Shown here piece after piece: positions 28,997 through 39,497 of a stretch of DNA of 64,000 nt. Within the stretch, counting starts at the first letter, position 1, and the number at the start of each line of letters is the position of its first letter. Below the pieces are notes generated by a model. That model did no database searches and was not told where the DNA came from. It saw only the letters and a list, made by a program, of their open reading frames with translations. A program made the position numbers and the translations under genes. Source of the DNA: an uncultured Gemmatimonadales bacterium (GTDB taxonomy: Bacteria > Gemmatimonadota > Gemmatimonadetes > Gemmatimonadales > GWC2-71-9); NCBI GenBank assembly GCA_963779755.1, contig CAVZZO010000003.1:192001-256000 (forward strand), written 5' to 3'.

Positions 28997-30965
28997 TCAC
29001 CGCTTCCCCCCCTCGCTCACCACCGGCAGTTCCACGAAGCTCGCCTGCCCCGGTTGGCGGTAGATCCGCTGTTCCGCTTTCTGATAGTCGTTGGGCTGCG
29101 CCCAGAAGATGTTGGGCACGAACGTCTGCGGGTTGCGGTCGTAGAGCGGAAACCAGCTCGACTGCACCTGCACCATGATCCGGTGGCCCGGAAGAAAGAC
29201 GTGGTTCACGGTCGGCAAGGGGAAGCGATACAGCAGCGGGGTGTTGGGGGTGATCGCTTTCGGGGTTTCGAAACTCTCGCGGTAGCGGCCCCGGAAGATG
29301 TCCATCGATACGGCAAGCTGGTAGCCGCCCATCGGCGGGTCGCCCCCCACCTCATCGGGATAGACGTCGATCAGCTTGACGACCCAGTCGGCATCGCTAC
29401 CCGAGGTCGCCGCGATCAGGTTGGCGATGGGGGCACCGCTGATCGTGACGGAGTCGGTGAGCACCTCGGACTGATACGACAGTACGTCGGTGCGGCCCGA
29501 CGCTTCCCGCTGATCGTCCACCAGCCAGTCGGGCCAGGTGAAGCCGTCGCCGTAACCGACCGGCTGAATCGGCCGCCGGCGAAACGGCACCGGTTTGGCC
29601 GGGTCGGAGATATAGGCATCGAACCCCGGAGCCGAGGACGCCGGGGCCATGAACCCCGCGCGGAACCCGGGCTCGAGGTAGAGCGGCGTCGGCTGCACCG
29701 TGCAGCCCTGGGCGCAGCCCGAAGGCCAGCGGGCAAGGCGTTCCCAGCGGTTGGTGCCGGTCTGGTACGCGGTGACCGGCGCAACGCTGTCGGCGGGCGC
29801 CCCATCCTTGAGGTAGTGCGCGAGGAAAGGCGCGAGAATCCTGGTCTGGAAATAGTATGACGTATTGCTGTTGAAGGTGAGCGCGCCGAGGGTGCTGCCG
29901 TTGTCGATCTCGCCGCCGTGGTGCCACGGCCCCAGGACCAGGAACACCTTGTCGTTCCCCGGGTCCTTCGGTTCGATCGCCCGGTACGCTGCCATGGCAC
30001 CGTAGATATCCTCGGCATCCCACAGGCTGCTCACCAGCATGACCGGAATGCGTGAGCGGCTCCGCGGCGAGAATCTTGTCCATGGCCTGGGCCCGCCACC
30101 ACGCGTCGTAGCTCGGATGCGCCAGGATCTTGTTCCAGAAACCGACCTGCTCCAGGCCGTGCGCCCGGCCCAGCGCCCCGGCCGATCCGCCGTCGAGATA
30201 GACGTCATAGTCGTCGAAGTGATCGGTCCACCATCTCGCCGAGTTGTCGCGGGTCGCCTCCTGCTCGAGGATGTAGGGCATATTCTGTTGGCGGAAGGCC
30301 CCATTGTGGAACCAGTCATCGCCCATCCAGCCGTCGACCATCGGGTTCATCGGGATGGCCACCTTGAGCGCCGGGTGCGGCTTCACCATCCCCATCAGCA
30401 CTTCGAATCCGTCGTAGGAGATGCCCAGCTCCCCGACCTTGCCGTTGGTTTCGGGAATATTCTTGACCAGCCAGTCGATGGTGTCCCAGGTATCGGTCGA
30501 TTCATCCACCCCGGTCGGATTGAGCGGCCCGCGTAACGGCCGGTTCATGGCGTACTCGCCCTCCGACCCGTACTTGCCCCTGATGTCCTGGACCACCCTG
30601 ATGTATCCGCCCGGGATGATCACGTCGAGCGCGTTATCGTAGCCGTTGAGGTTCGGCCCCAGGTGAGCGCTCTGCGCGTAGGTGGTAGTGGCGCTGGCAT
30701 CGTAGGGCGTCCGGGTCAGCAGGATCGGCGCACGCGACGCACCCCGGGGCACCAGGATCACCGTGTGCAGTCGGACCCCATCCCGCATGGGGACCATGAC
30801 ATCTCGGCGGGTATAGTCGAACGACGACGTTACCGGGATAAAGTGGGCCGGGGTTTCGCTGGGAAGGCTGTCGGACTGGGCGCGCAACCGCCCGGCGAAC
30901 AGACAGGATGCGGCAAGCACCGCGGCCGCGAGCATGATAGGACGCGGACGAACACAGGAGTGCAT
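28997..30965 (-). pseudogene. CocE/NonD-family hydrolase (alpha-amino acid ester hydrolase-like), split by a +1 frameshift near 30050
   Basis: N-half: MRDGVRLHT, RTPY, QDIRGKYGSEG, GISYDG, GDDWFHNGAFR. C-half in another frame: IPVMLVSSLWDAEDIYG, GPWHHG, QSSWFPLYDRNPQ. May be a sequencing error. Confidence 0.85.
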
Positions 30966-31294
30966 GGGGAAACTCGATGGAGGAGGGATGGGGTCATGAT
31001 AGCGTCCACCCGTGCCACGGACAATGCGGGAGCAGACAGGTGATCCACCCCGGTTGTCGGGTCGGACGGCCATCGGGGTCGCGTCGCCTGACACGCCCTG
31101 CGTGCTGATCCTGCGGATCGAAGGCGGCGATGCCTGTCAGACCACCGGCAGGCAGGCCTTGCCGGCGGCCCCGTCTTCTGAGCGGAGGGGTGCTTCCGCC
31201 CCCGGCTACGAGGCGTCCCTTCTCCGCTTATCTTCCGGCACTCCCGGCTGGCTCTCTTCCCTACCGGTGTGGTCATTCACACAGGAGGCCGTCC

Positions 31295-31549
31295 ATGAAC
31301 TGGCTCATCACCCTGATTCTCGGCGCGGTAATCGGCTGGCTGGCGAGCATCGTCATGAAGACGAACGCCCAGATGGGCTGCCTCGCCAATATCGTGGTCG
31401 GCGTGGTGGGCTCGGTGCTGGGCTTCTGGCTCGCCGGTCTGCTAGGACTGGCCCCGACGGGAAGCATCCTGCGCTTTGTGATAGCGGTGGCCGGCGCGGC
31501 GCTGCTGATTTCCATCCTGCGCGCGCTGGGCTTCTTCCGCAGGGCCTGA
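31295..31549 (+). CDS. GlsB/YeaQ/YmgE-family (transglycosylase-associated) membrane protein
   Basis: LILGAVIGWLAS...NIVVGVVGSVLG...AVAGAALL; AGGAGG SD. Confidence 0.92.
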   Translation: MNWLITLILGAVIGWLASIVMKTNAQMGCLANIVVGVVGSVLGFWLAGLLGLAPTGSILRFVIAVAGAALLISILRALGFFRRA

Positions 31550-31636
31550 TCCCCCCCGAGCGGCGCCGGCCCAGATCGGCGCCGGCGTCCGGGGTCGGAC
31601 GGACGACGGATTTCCAGGTTTCGGAGCAGGCTCACT

Positions 31637-32329
31637 TCACACGATCGTTCCGAAGAGGGCCCCCAGTCCTGCCGTCGCCGCCATGGCGAGGGCTCCCCAG
31701 AAGGTCACCCGGACGGCGCCGACGCTGATCCTGGCTCCTCCCGTCCGGGCAGCCAGACCGCCCAGAATCGCCAGGCACAGGAGGGAGCCTGCCGACACCA
31801 CCGGCAGCAGGAAGGCGGCCGGACTCAACCATGCCAGCAGGAGGGGCAAGGCGGCCCCGACGGCAAAGGTGGCGGCCGACGCGAGCGCGGCCTGCAGCGG
31901 GCGGGCGGTATGAACGTCGGTGAGCCCCAGTTCGTCGCGGGCGTGGGCCGCCAGCGCATCGCGGGCCATCAGCTGGCCGGCTACCTGATGGGCCAGCGCG
32001 GGATCGAGTCCCCGCTTGACGTAGATGGACGCAAGCTCCTCCCGCTCGAAGGGCTCGTCCGTCTCCAGCTCGTGCCGTTCCCGCGCCAGATCCGCCTTCT
32101 CGGTATCGGCCTGGGAACTCACCGAAACGTATTCCCCGGCCGCCATGGACATGGCACCGGCAACGAGGCCTGCCATCCCCGCAATCAGCACCCCGCTCCG
32201 GGTCGTGCTCGCGGCCGCCACTCCCAATACCAGGCTGGCGGTGGAGACAATACCGTCGTTGGCCCCCAGCACCGCTGCGCGCAACCATCCGATCCGTTCC
32301 GCATAGTGCCGTTCTCGATGTCTCGGCAT
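31637..32329 (-). CDS. VIT1/CCC1-family Fe2+/Mn2+ transporter
   Basis: WLRAAVLGANDGIVS, AGAMSMAAGEYVSVSSQ, HARDELG. Confidence 0.95.
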   Translation of the reverse strand: MPRHRERHYAERIGWLRAAVLGANDGIVSTASLVLGVAAASTTRSGVLIAGMAGLVAGAMSMAAGEYVSVSSQADTEKADLARERHELETDEPFEREELASIYVKRGLDPALAHQVAGQLMARDALAAHARDELGLTDVHTARPLQAALASAATFAVGAALPLLLAWLSPAAFLLPVVSAGSLLCLAILGGLAARTGGARISVGAVRVTFWGALAMAATAGLGALFGTIV

Positions 32330-32400
32330 TGCCACGGCCTCCTCAGCGGCGCCGCGGAACGTCCAGTCCCGCCGCACTGGTGGACGTCATCCGCCCTGCC

Positions 32401-33237
32401 CTACCGGCCGAACGTATCGCACGCGTTGGGATCGCCGCTCTCGAGGCCGGCGCGGAGCCATCGTTGCCGCTCGGCCGACGAGCCGTGGGTGAACGTTTCC
32501 GGCGAGACCGCCTGGCCGGCGTTGCGCTGGAGGCGGTCGTCTCCGATCGCGGCGGCGGCGGCGAGGCCTTCCTCGACATCGCCGGGCTCGAGCACCTGCC
32601 GGGTCCGGTTCGCGCGATTGGCCCAGACGCCGGCATAGCAGTCGGCCTGCAGTTCCATTGCCACCTGGATCCGGTTGGCATCGGCCTGGCTCCGGGCGCC
32701 GTCCTGGAGGGCGCGGACCCGTGCCTCGGTACCCAGGAGCTTCTGGACGTGATGCCCCACCTCGTGTCCGATGACATAGGCCTGGGCGAAGTCTCCCGCC
32801 CCGCCCAGCCGGGCCAGCTCGTCGAAAAATCCGGTGTCCAGATAGAGCTTTTCGTCACCCGGGCAGTAGAACGGCCCGGTGGCGGCGCTGCTCAATCCGC
32901 AGGCGGAGCTTACCGCGCCGGAATACAGCACCAGGGTTGGAGGACGGTACGTCCGGCCATTGGCGGCGAAGAGTTGCCCCCACACGTCCTCGGTCATGCC
33001 GAGAACGGTGCTGACGAACCGGCCGGTTTCGTCCTGTGGCGGGACGGCCGCGGGCGCCGCGCTGTCAGCCTCGCCCGCGCCCTCCAGCAGGCGGAGCACC
33101 TGGCCGGGGTCACCTCCGAGCAGCATCACCACGACCGCTACGATGATCCCTACTCCACCGAGCCCGGCCCCGATCTTGAGCCGCTGGCCGCGGCGGTCCT
33201 CCACATGACTGCTCTCCCTGCCGCCTTGCCACCGCAT
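32401..33237 (-). CDS. YpfJ-like neutral zinc metallopeptidase
   Basis: RESSHVEDRRG, GPFYCPGD, HEVGHHVQ, ELQADC, FTHGSSAER. Confidence 0.93.
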   Translation of the reverse strand: MRWQGGRESSHVEDRRGQRLKIGAGLGGVGIIVAVVVMLLGGDPGQVLRLLEGAGEADSAAPAAVPPQDETGRFVSTVLGMTEDVWGQLFAANGRTYRPPTLVLYSGAVSSACGLSSAATGPFYCPGDEKLYLDTGFFDELARLGGAGDFAQAYVIGHEVGHHVQKLLGTEARVRALQDGARSQADANRIQVAMELQADCYAGVWANRANRTRQVLEPGDVEEGLAAAAAIGDDRLQRNAGQAVSPETFTHGSSAERQRWLRAGLESGDPNACDTFGR

Positions 33238-33300
33238 AGGTCGCTCCCTTCAGTGGACCCCGCCTGCCGGAAAGAGGATAATCGGCGGGCCCCGCCCCGG

Positions 33301-34227
33301 CTATCCGGCGATCACCAGTGTCCGGCGCATGGCGTCCAGGCGGTTCAGCAGCGCCGGGCGGTCGAACGCCGTCACGGTCCCCGACGGATAGTTCTCCAGC
33401 ACGGTCCAGTGGATGAGGTACCGGACCGCCAGGCAGGGGCTGGTGCCGGGAACGGCGTACACCATCTCCTGATAGCGGTTGCCCGCGCCGGCATCGGTGC
33501 GGCGGGCGAAGGAATAGGTCGTTCCCGCGTCGGATACCGTCGAATCGTGCACGCCGCCGCCCAGAAACCGGGCCGCCGTGCAATCGCCGGCGGACGGCAT
33601 CGTCTCCACACTGAGATGGCTGTCTGCGGAAAGGTTCGTGCCCCGGGCAAGCGACGCCGGCACGGAGAACGCCACGCCCGGGATCTGCTCCCCCGGCCCC
33701 AGCGCCTGATAGCGATAGGCGGTGTCCACCGTGTAATCCGCCGGATAGCGGATGGAGAATCCCTTCGCCGCGCCAAGGAAGATCCGCGGCAGGCCGCCGG
33801 GATCCGGCGCCACCCTGACGCACTGGCGGAGCGCCGCCCCGGACTCCTGCAGCAGCGCGCCGTTGCCCTTCCCCCAGAAAATCAGGCTGTCTCTTCCCCC
33901 GGCGGTATCGCCGGCGGCATACCGAACGCCATCGGCGGAGAGAGTCCGCTCGAGTGTGATGGTGCGGCCGGCATCGAAGGTGAGCCGGGCGCGGCCCTGG
34001 GGCCGGGGACGCCTGCCGGGCGCCGGCGCCGGAGATGCCGTCCCCGGATAGAAGACAGCGGTCAAGGCCACTCCCCCCTCGCACAGATACGCCGCCGTCG
34101 CGCTCGGCTCCTCATGGGTGCCGATGGCCGCCCGTTTGCCGGTGCAGCCAGGTACCCAGAGGGCCAGGCCGGCGGCAGCCGTCAGGGCGAGGATTGCGGA
34201 AGCTCTACTGCATTCCGGCGACGGCAC
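33301..34227 (-). CDS. Lipoprotein with MliC-like (lysozyme inhibitor) domain plus an unassigned C-terminal domain; start uncertain
   Basis: Lipobox-like VPGC; YLC...TLSADGVRY...FWGKGNGA...C matches the MliC pattern. Confidence 0.7.
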   Translation of the reverse strand: MPSPECSRASAILALTAAAGLALWVPGCTGKRAAIGTHEEPSATAAYLCEGGVALTAVFYPGTASPAPAPGRRPRPQGRARLTFDAGRTITLERTLSADGVRYAAGDTAGGRDSLIFWGKGNGALLQESGAALRQCVRVAPDPGGLPRIFLGAAKGFSIRYPADYTVDTAYRYQALGPGEQIPGVAFSVPASLARGTNLSADSHLSVETMPSAGDCTAARFLGGGVHDSTVSDAGTTYSFARRTDAGAGNRYQEMVYAVPGTSPCLAVRYLIHWTVLENYPSGTVTAFDRPALLNRLDAMRRTLVIAG

Positions 34228-34313
34228 TCTGCCAAACCTCCCATTATGGACAGACCCGGAAGTGACCGTACCTTGAAGATAGGTTCCTTCTAACTCCTGG
34301 TGGCAGGCCCCCC

Positions 34314-36617
34314 ATGCCTCTCCCGCACACTCGCCTCTATCGTTCCGTGCCCCTCCTGCTGCTGGCATCCACCCTGCTGCCAGCGGGTGCCCGCGCGCAG
34401 CGGCCGGCTCAACGCGCGGAGTTCACGGCGCTGCGGGATTCGCTCGCCGCGGTCGAGGACTCCACCGGGCTGCTTGCCCTGGAACGGCGCACCATCGTGG
34501 TCGCGAAGCAGCACCGCGACAATCCGGCCATCCATGTCCGCCTCGCCATGATCGCGCAACGCCTGGGCCAGCTGGGCGCCAGCGCCGATCATTTCAACGA
34601 TGCCGGCAGCGAAGGCGAATGGGCCACGGAGCTGGCCCAGGACTGGCCCTGGGCCTGGTACGTGCTGGGCCGCGCCAACCTCGCCTTGCGGGAAATGCCG
34701 CCCACCGCCGTGGTCGGCACCAACCGTCTGCGGAAGGTGCTCAATGTCGATGAGACCTCGGAGGCGCTGAAGGATTTCCAGCACGCGGTGGCGCTGGACC
34801 CCACCTTCGCCCCGGCGCTCCGCGGCCTGGTGGATGCCGCGCTCGACGAACAGAGCGCCGGCCATCAGCGTGAGGCACTGGCCGCGGTGCGCGAGGCGGC
34901 GGCGCGGGGCTCCGCGGAATCGCCCGAGCTGCTGCTGGCCCGCGCGGAGATCGAGCGTCAGTTGGGCGACCCCGATTCCGCCCTGGCCGCGTATCGCCGC
35001 TATCGCGCCCGCGGCGGCGACGAGGCGCTGGCCCTGCTGGAGGAGGCCAAGACGCTCTTCCTGCTGCAGCAGCCGGTCGCGGCGCGCACGATTTACGACT
35101 CGGCGGCCGACCGGCTCGGCTCCGACACCAGCGTGGCCGACATGCGGCAGGACCTGGCCTGGATCGCGGATTCCGCGGAACTCAAGGCCTACGATGCGCT
35201 GCGCCCCGGCGAATACGGCGGCTGGATCCGGAAATTCTGGCAACGGCGCGACCTGGCGGACGCGCGCCAGTCGGGCGAACGACTCACGGAGCATTACCGG
35301 CGGCTCTTCTACGTGCTCCAGCATTTCCGCCGGGCCGGCGCCTATCGCGAAGTAGACCTGGTCTTCCGCTATCACAGCGGTCAGCAGTGGGTGGATGATC
35401 GCGGGGTCGTATACATGCGTCACGGGCCGCCGGACGACGTCGCGACCTACACCAACATTGGGGTGCCACCCAACATCTCCTGGCTCTATCACCGGCCCGG
35501 AGGCGACATCATCCTCCATTTCAGCACCGGCACGGGCGCCCGCGATTACCGACTCATTGAAAGTCTGGCCGACCTCTACGGTTTCGAAACCGCCCACTGG
35601 CTCCAGACCGGGGCCTTCACCAGCTCCGAACTGCCGCGGGCAGGCTGTACGGGGGTCATCGGCGGTGGGTGCGATCAGTTCGCGGCGGTCCGGCCGGTAT
35701 TCGAATCGCGCAGCAGCCTGGACCCGATCTACGATCGCATCGCCTCCTCGGGCGATTTGGGCGCCAGGGCCACCCTGACGCAGGAACGGAGCATGGGCCA
35801 GGCGGGCATCGCCGTCGCCACCACCACCGACGACGATCTGCTGCGTTTCAAGCAGCGCCTGCCCGCATCGGTGCAGCGCTTCGGCATCGGCACCGGCCAG
35901 GGCGGCCGGATCCTGGTAGTGCTCGGGGTGCGGGCCGGGGATCTCGTGCCGGTCCAGCAGGCCGGTGGACATACCGCCTACCCGCTGGGAATCCGGATCT
36001 ATGCCGAGGCGGCCGGCGGGCAGGTGCGACTGATCGATACCAGCGCCACCTTCGCCACCGCGACACCGTACCCTCCCGATCGGCTGCTGAGCTGGACCAC
36101 CGCCATTCCCGCCACGCCCGGTGACGCGCGGCTCACCGTAGCGCTGGCGGTCGCGGCCAGCCAAGCGGGCATTGCGCGCCGCTGGGACAGCGTGCCCGTC
36201 CCGGACCTGGCTGCCGGCCGCCTGACCATGAGCGACCTGGTGACCGGCCGGCGGGAGATGGGAGTGCAGTATCCCGCGGGCCGCGATACCCTGGTTCTGA
36301 ACCCGCTCGACAGCTGGCCCACCGGTGGCAACATGACGGTCTATTACCAGCTGGGCGGCCTGAGGCCGGGGAGCGGCTACCGGACCAGCATCGAAGTGGT
36401 CCAGCTTCACCAGGGTGTCATCAGCAAGCTGCTGGGGAGTGCGCCGCGAGCCATCCGCGTCTCCTTCGATGAACCGGCCACCGGGCCCACCGCGCGCGTC
36501 ACCCGCACCGTCAAGCTGGCCGGTCTCTCACCGGGGGCCTACCGCCTGATCGTGACGGTGACCGGACCCGGGGGGGAAGACATCCGACGGACTACGGATT
36601 TCGAGGTGAGCCACTAG
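34314..36617 (+). CDS. GWxTD-domain exported protein
   Basis: Signal peptide, helical TPR-like region, FWQRRD...EHYRR...WVDDRGVVYMRHGPPD, C-terminal Ig-like strands. Confidence 0.85.
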   Translation: MPLPHTRLYRSVPLLLLASTLLPAGARAQRPAQRAEFTALRDSLAAVEDSTGLLALERRTIVVAKQHRDNPAIHVRLAMIAQRLGQLGASADHFNDAGSEGEWATELAQDWPWAWYVLGRANLALREMPPTAVVGTNRLRKVLNVDETSEALKDFQHAVALDPTFAPALRGLVDAALDEQSAGHQREALAAVREAAARGSAESPELLLARAEIERQLGDPDSALAAYRRYRARGGDEALALLEEAKTLFLLQQPVAARTIYDSAADRLGSDTSVADMRQDLAWIADSAELKAYDALRPGEYGGWIRKFWQRRDLADARQSGERLTEHYRRLFYVLQHFRRAGAYREVDLVFRYHSGQQWVDDRGVVYMRHGPPDDVATYTNIGVPPNISWLYHRPGGDIILHFSTGTGARDYRLIESLADLYGFETAHWLQTGAFTSSELPRAGCTGVIGGGCDQFAAVRPVFESRSSLDPIYDRIASSGDLGARATLTQERSMGQAGIAVATTTDDDLLRFKQRLPASVQRFGIGTGQGGRILVVLGVRAGDLVPVQQAGGHTAYPLGIRIYAEAAGGQVRLIDTSATFATATPYPPDRLLSWTTAIPATPGDARLTVALAVAASQAGIARRWDSVPVPDLAAGRLTMSDLVTGRREMGVQYPAGRDTLVLNPLDSWPTGGNMTVYYQLGGLRPGSGYRTSIEVVQLHQGVISKLLGSAPRAIRVSFDEPATGPTARVTRTVKLAGLSPGAYRLIVTVTGPGGEDIRRTTDFEVSH

Positions 36618-36631
36618 CGTCATCCCGGGGC

Positions 36632-39265
36632 TCAGCGCGTCAGCCGCTCCACCCTGGCCGGGAACCGGGTGATCACCCCCAGGCTCCGGGCCTGCCGTTC
36701 CGGACGGGTGAGGAGCACCAGCAGGCGCCCATCGGGACTCATCGCGTGATTCCAGGCAAAGGTTGCCAGGAAGGGGCCTTCGGCCAGCAGCTGGGGGCGA
36801 CCCGAGTGGAAGCCGCCGGCCGTGGAAACCGGGACTCTGAAGTAGCGGGAACCATCCCGGTATATCAGGCCGTCGCCTTGGGGCGTCCACAGCGGTTGCT
36901 GCCCCCGCTCGGCCACCAGGTGAATCGCGCCGGTCGGAGGCACGGGCGAGACCTGCACCGCACCATTGACTCCCCCCCACGCGGCCCAGCGGCCATCGGG
37001 AGAAAAACTGGCCGCGAAGCCACGGGCAGGGATCGGCGTTCTGGCCGTGTCGCCGCTCAGCGAGCGGATATAGAGATCGCCGGTACGCCAGTCCGAAAAG
37101 ATGAAGGAGTTGCCATCCGGCGCCACCGTCATGTACGAGGCGCCGTACAGATGGAGATCCCTCCACTGGCCAGTCTCCAGTGACTGGATCCGGGCACCGT
37201 AGTTCACGAATTGCACCGGGTCCCACAGGCCGATCATCAGCTCCCGGCCCGAGGGCAGCCATGAGGCCGGATACGGCCGATAATTCCCTTCTACTGGAAC
37301 CTGTTGCCGCAGGCCGGTGGCGAGATCCATGAGGAGAACCTCCCAGACCCCGACCGGGTTGCGCATCTGGGCGGCCAGCCGCGTTCCGTCCGGGGAGAGG
37401 CGGGGCTGGACGTAGGGGCCACGGGGAATCGGCAAGGTGTCAATGCGGCCCGACGGATCGATGAACGCCGGGTTCACATAGAGCTGGTTGCCGCCGGGAA
37501 CATAGATGAGCGTGCCTTCGGGCGAGATGGCGAATTCACCGTACCCGAACCCCGCCTCCATCCGGACGCTATCCAGGACGGGCACCGGTTCGCCCAGCAC
37601 TCGGCGGCCGGCCCCGTCGAACCGCATGGCCATGAGATTCCCGTCGCCCGCGGCGTACACCAGGAAGCCGGGTTCGATCCAGTGCGGGCTGGTACCAAAC
37701 AGGAGTTCACCCTGCCGGACCGAATCGAGCGCCAGAACCCCGCGCCGGGTGATCGCAAGCTCCCGGCCGTCCGGCACCCCGAGCAGTCCGAGCTGGCCCG
37801 AGCCGAGTTGCCCGACTGCCCATTTCGCGCCGGGCAATACCTCCGGCGTGCCGAACTGGGTGGCCAGGTGCACGACCGAGTCGGTGGTGGCCCCCGTAGC
37901 CGAGATCCAGTGCAGGTCGAATCCCTCGTTCTCCAGCACCAGCATACGGTCGTCGGAGAGCCAGGTCGCCCCCGTAATGCGGTCGACCTGTGCCAGGGTG
38001 ATCGGCTCGCCGCCGGCGGTGAGCACCTTGCGCAACAGGTTGCCGGAGAAGAACGCAATCCACATCCCGTCCGGGGAATAGAACGGGTGATAGGCCCCTT
38101 CGGTGCCCGGCAGCAGAACTGCCGAATCGCTGTCCAGCGCCCGCACCGCCAGCATGGTGGTCGAACCCTGCGGAGCGATGTAGGCCAGGTGGTCCCCTCG
38201 GGGAGAAAGCGCGAGTGCCGTTTGCCAGCCCTGGGCAGGACTGGGGCCGGTCAGCGCGACCGGCGCGGCCTCAGGCAAGTTGAGGTTCCAGCGCCTGGGC
38301 TCGGGTGGCGATGACCGGCGTCCGAGATACCCGGTGACCCCGCCCAGCAGCAGTCCCGCGGCGACGCCTGCCAGGACCAGAGCCGAGGTATGCCGGCGAC
38401 GTGCCGGCCACCGCGCACCCGGGGCCCCGTCCAGCGCCGCGGCGAACTCGGCAGCGGTGGAGAAGCGGTCGCCCGGCACCGCCTCCAGCGCACGGTGCAC
38501 CGCGGAGGCCAGTCCGTCCGGGACCGACGGGCGACGCCGCGCCAGCGGCTCGGCCTTGCTGGTGAGCGCCGCCGCAATCACCGCCTGGCTGGTGGGCCCG
38601 GTGAACGGCGGCTCGCCGGCGAGCATCTCGTACAGCACGCAGCCCAGGGCGTAGATGTCCGTCCGCGCGTCAACCGACCGCTCTCCCGATGCCTGCTCCG
38701 GACTCATGTAGCTCGGGGTGCCGATGGAAATTCCGGTATGGGTCAGCCGGTCGCCGCCCGCCGCACGTACCGCCAGCGCGATGCCGAAATCCGCCAGCAG
38801 AGGTTGTCCGTCATGGAGCAGGATGTTCTCGGGCTTGATATCCCGGTGCACGATGCCCTGACGATGGGCGTAGTCGAGCGCCCCGGCTACGGCTCGCCCG
38901 ATCGACACGGCATCGCCGACCGGTAGCTGCCGCTCCCGGGTCAGCCGCTCGCGCAGCGATTCGCCCTGAACCACCGGCATGACATAGTAGAGGAGCCCGC
39001 CCGACGCACCGGAATCGTAAAGCGGAAGGATGTGCGGATGTTGCAGCCGGGAGGTAACCTGGATCTCCCGCAGAAAGCGGTCGGCGCCCACCACGGCCGA
39101 GAGCTCCGGACGCAGCACCTTGACGGCCACCTGCCGGTTGTGCTTCAGGTCGGTGGCCAGAAACACCACCGCCATGCCGCCTTCGCCGAGCAGGCGCTCC
39201 AGCCGGTAGTGCTGGGCCAGGTCCGACTGCAGCTGCTGGAGGGGCCCATTCAGGGGGAAATCCGT
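36632..39265 (-). CDS. Hanks-type Ser/Thr protein kinase with a TM segment and TolB/PD40-like propeller; true start unresolved
   Basis: LGEGGM, VAVK, HRDIKPEN, DFG, GTPSYMSPEQ; repeated SPDG blades; frame is open upstream of ATG 39175. Confidence 0.92.
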   Translation of the reverse strand, partial: TDFPLNGPLQQLQSDLAQHYRLERLLGEGGMAVVFLATDLKHNRQVAVKVLRPELSAVVGADRFLREIQVTSRLQHPHILPLYDSGASGGLLYYVMPVVQGESLRERLTRERQLPVGDAVSIGRAVAGALDYAHRQGIVHRDIKPENILLHDGQPLLADFGIALAVRAAGGDRLTHTGISIGTPSYMSPEQASGERSVDARTDIYALGCVLYEMLAGEPPFTGPTSQAVIAAALTSKAEPLARRRPSVPDGLASAVHRALEAVPGDRFSTAAEFAAALDGAPGARWPARRRHTSALVLAGVAAGLLLGGVTGYLGRRSSPPEPRRWNLNLPEAAPVALTGPSPAQGWQTALALSPRGDHLAYIAPQGSTTMLAVRALDSDSAVLLPGTEGAYHPFYSPDGMWIAFFSGNLLRKVLTAGGEPITLAQVDRITGATWLSDDRMLVLENEGFDLHWISATGATTDSVVHLATQFGTPEVLPGAKWAVGQLGSGQLGLLGVPDGRELAITRRGVLALDSVRQGELLFGTSPHWIEPGFLVYAAGDGNLMAMRFDGAGRRVLGEPVPVLDSVRMEAGFGYGEFAISPEGTLIYVPGGNQLYVNPAFIDPSGRIDTLPIPRGPYVQPRLSPDGTRLAAQMRNPVGVWEVLLMDLATGLRQQVPVEGNYRPYPASWLPSGRELMIGLWDPVQFVNYGARIQSLETGQWRDLHLYGASYMTVAPDGNSFIFSDWRTGDLYIRSLSGDTARTPIPARGFAASFSPDGRWAAWGGVNGAVQVSPVPPTGAIHLVAERGQQPLWTPQGDGLIYRDGSRYFRVPVSTAGGFHSGRPQLLAEGPFLATFAWNHAMSPDGRLLVLLTRPERQARSLGVITRFPARVERLTR

Positions 39266-39497
39266 AGGCCACTCCTTACCCGGGGCATGGGCGCGCGAAG
39301 TCGGTTTCAGTATAGCGGCGCAACGCGCCGGAAGCCATCGTCTTACCGTCGACTTCGACGGTCCGGCAACAACCTATGGCGGGGGGGGGGCGGCGCGTCA
39401 AATACTCCCTCGTCCCTCCCGCAGCTACATTGGGAAGTCGACGTCGGCGCCGCCGCGTGTCCGCGCGGCCGCTGGCGTCCGGACGCAGGAGCCAGCC

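Noticed and set aside
30966..31294. Riboswitch in the long divergent spacer
   Set aside because: No known aptamer consensus recognised; only generic GC-rich pairing.
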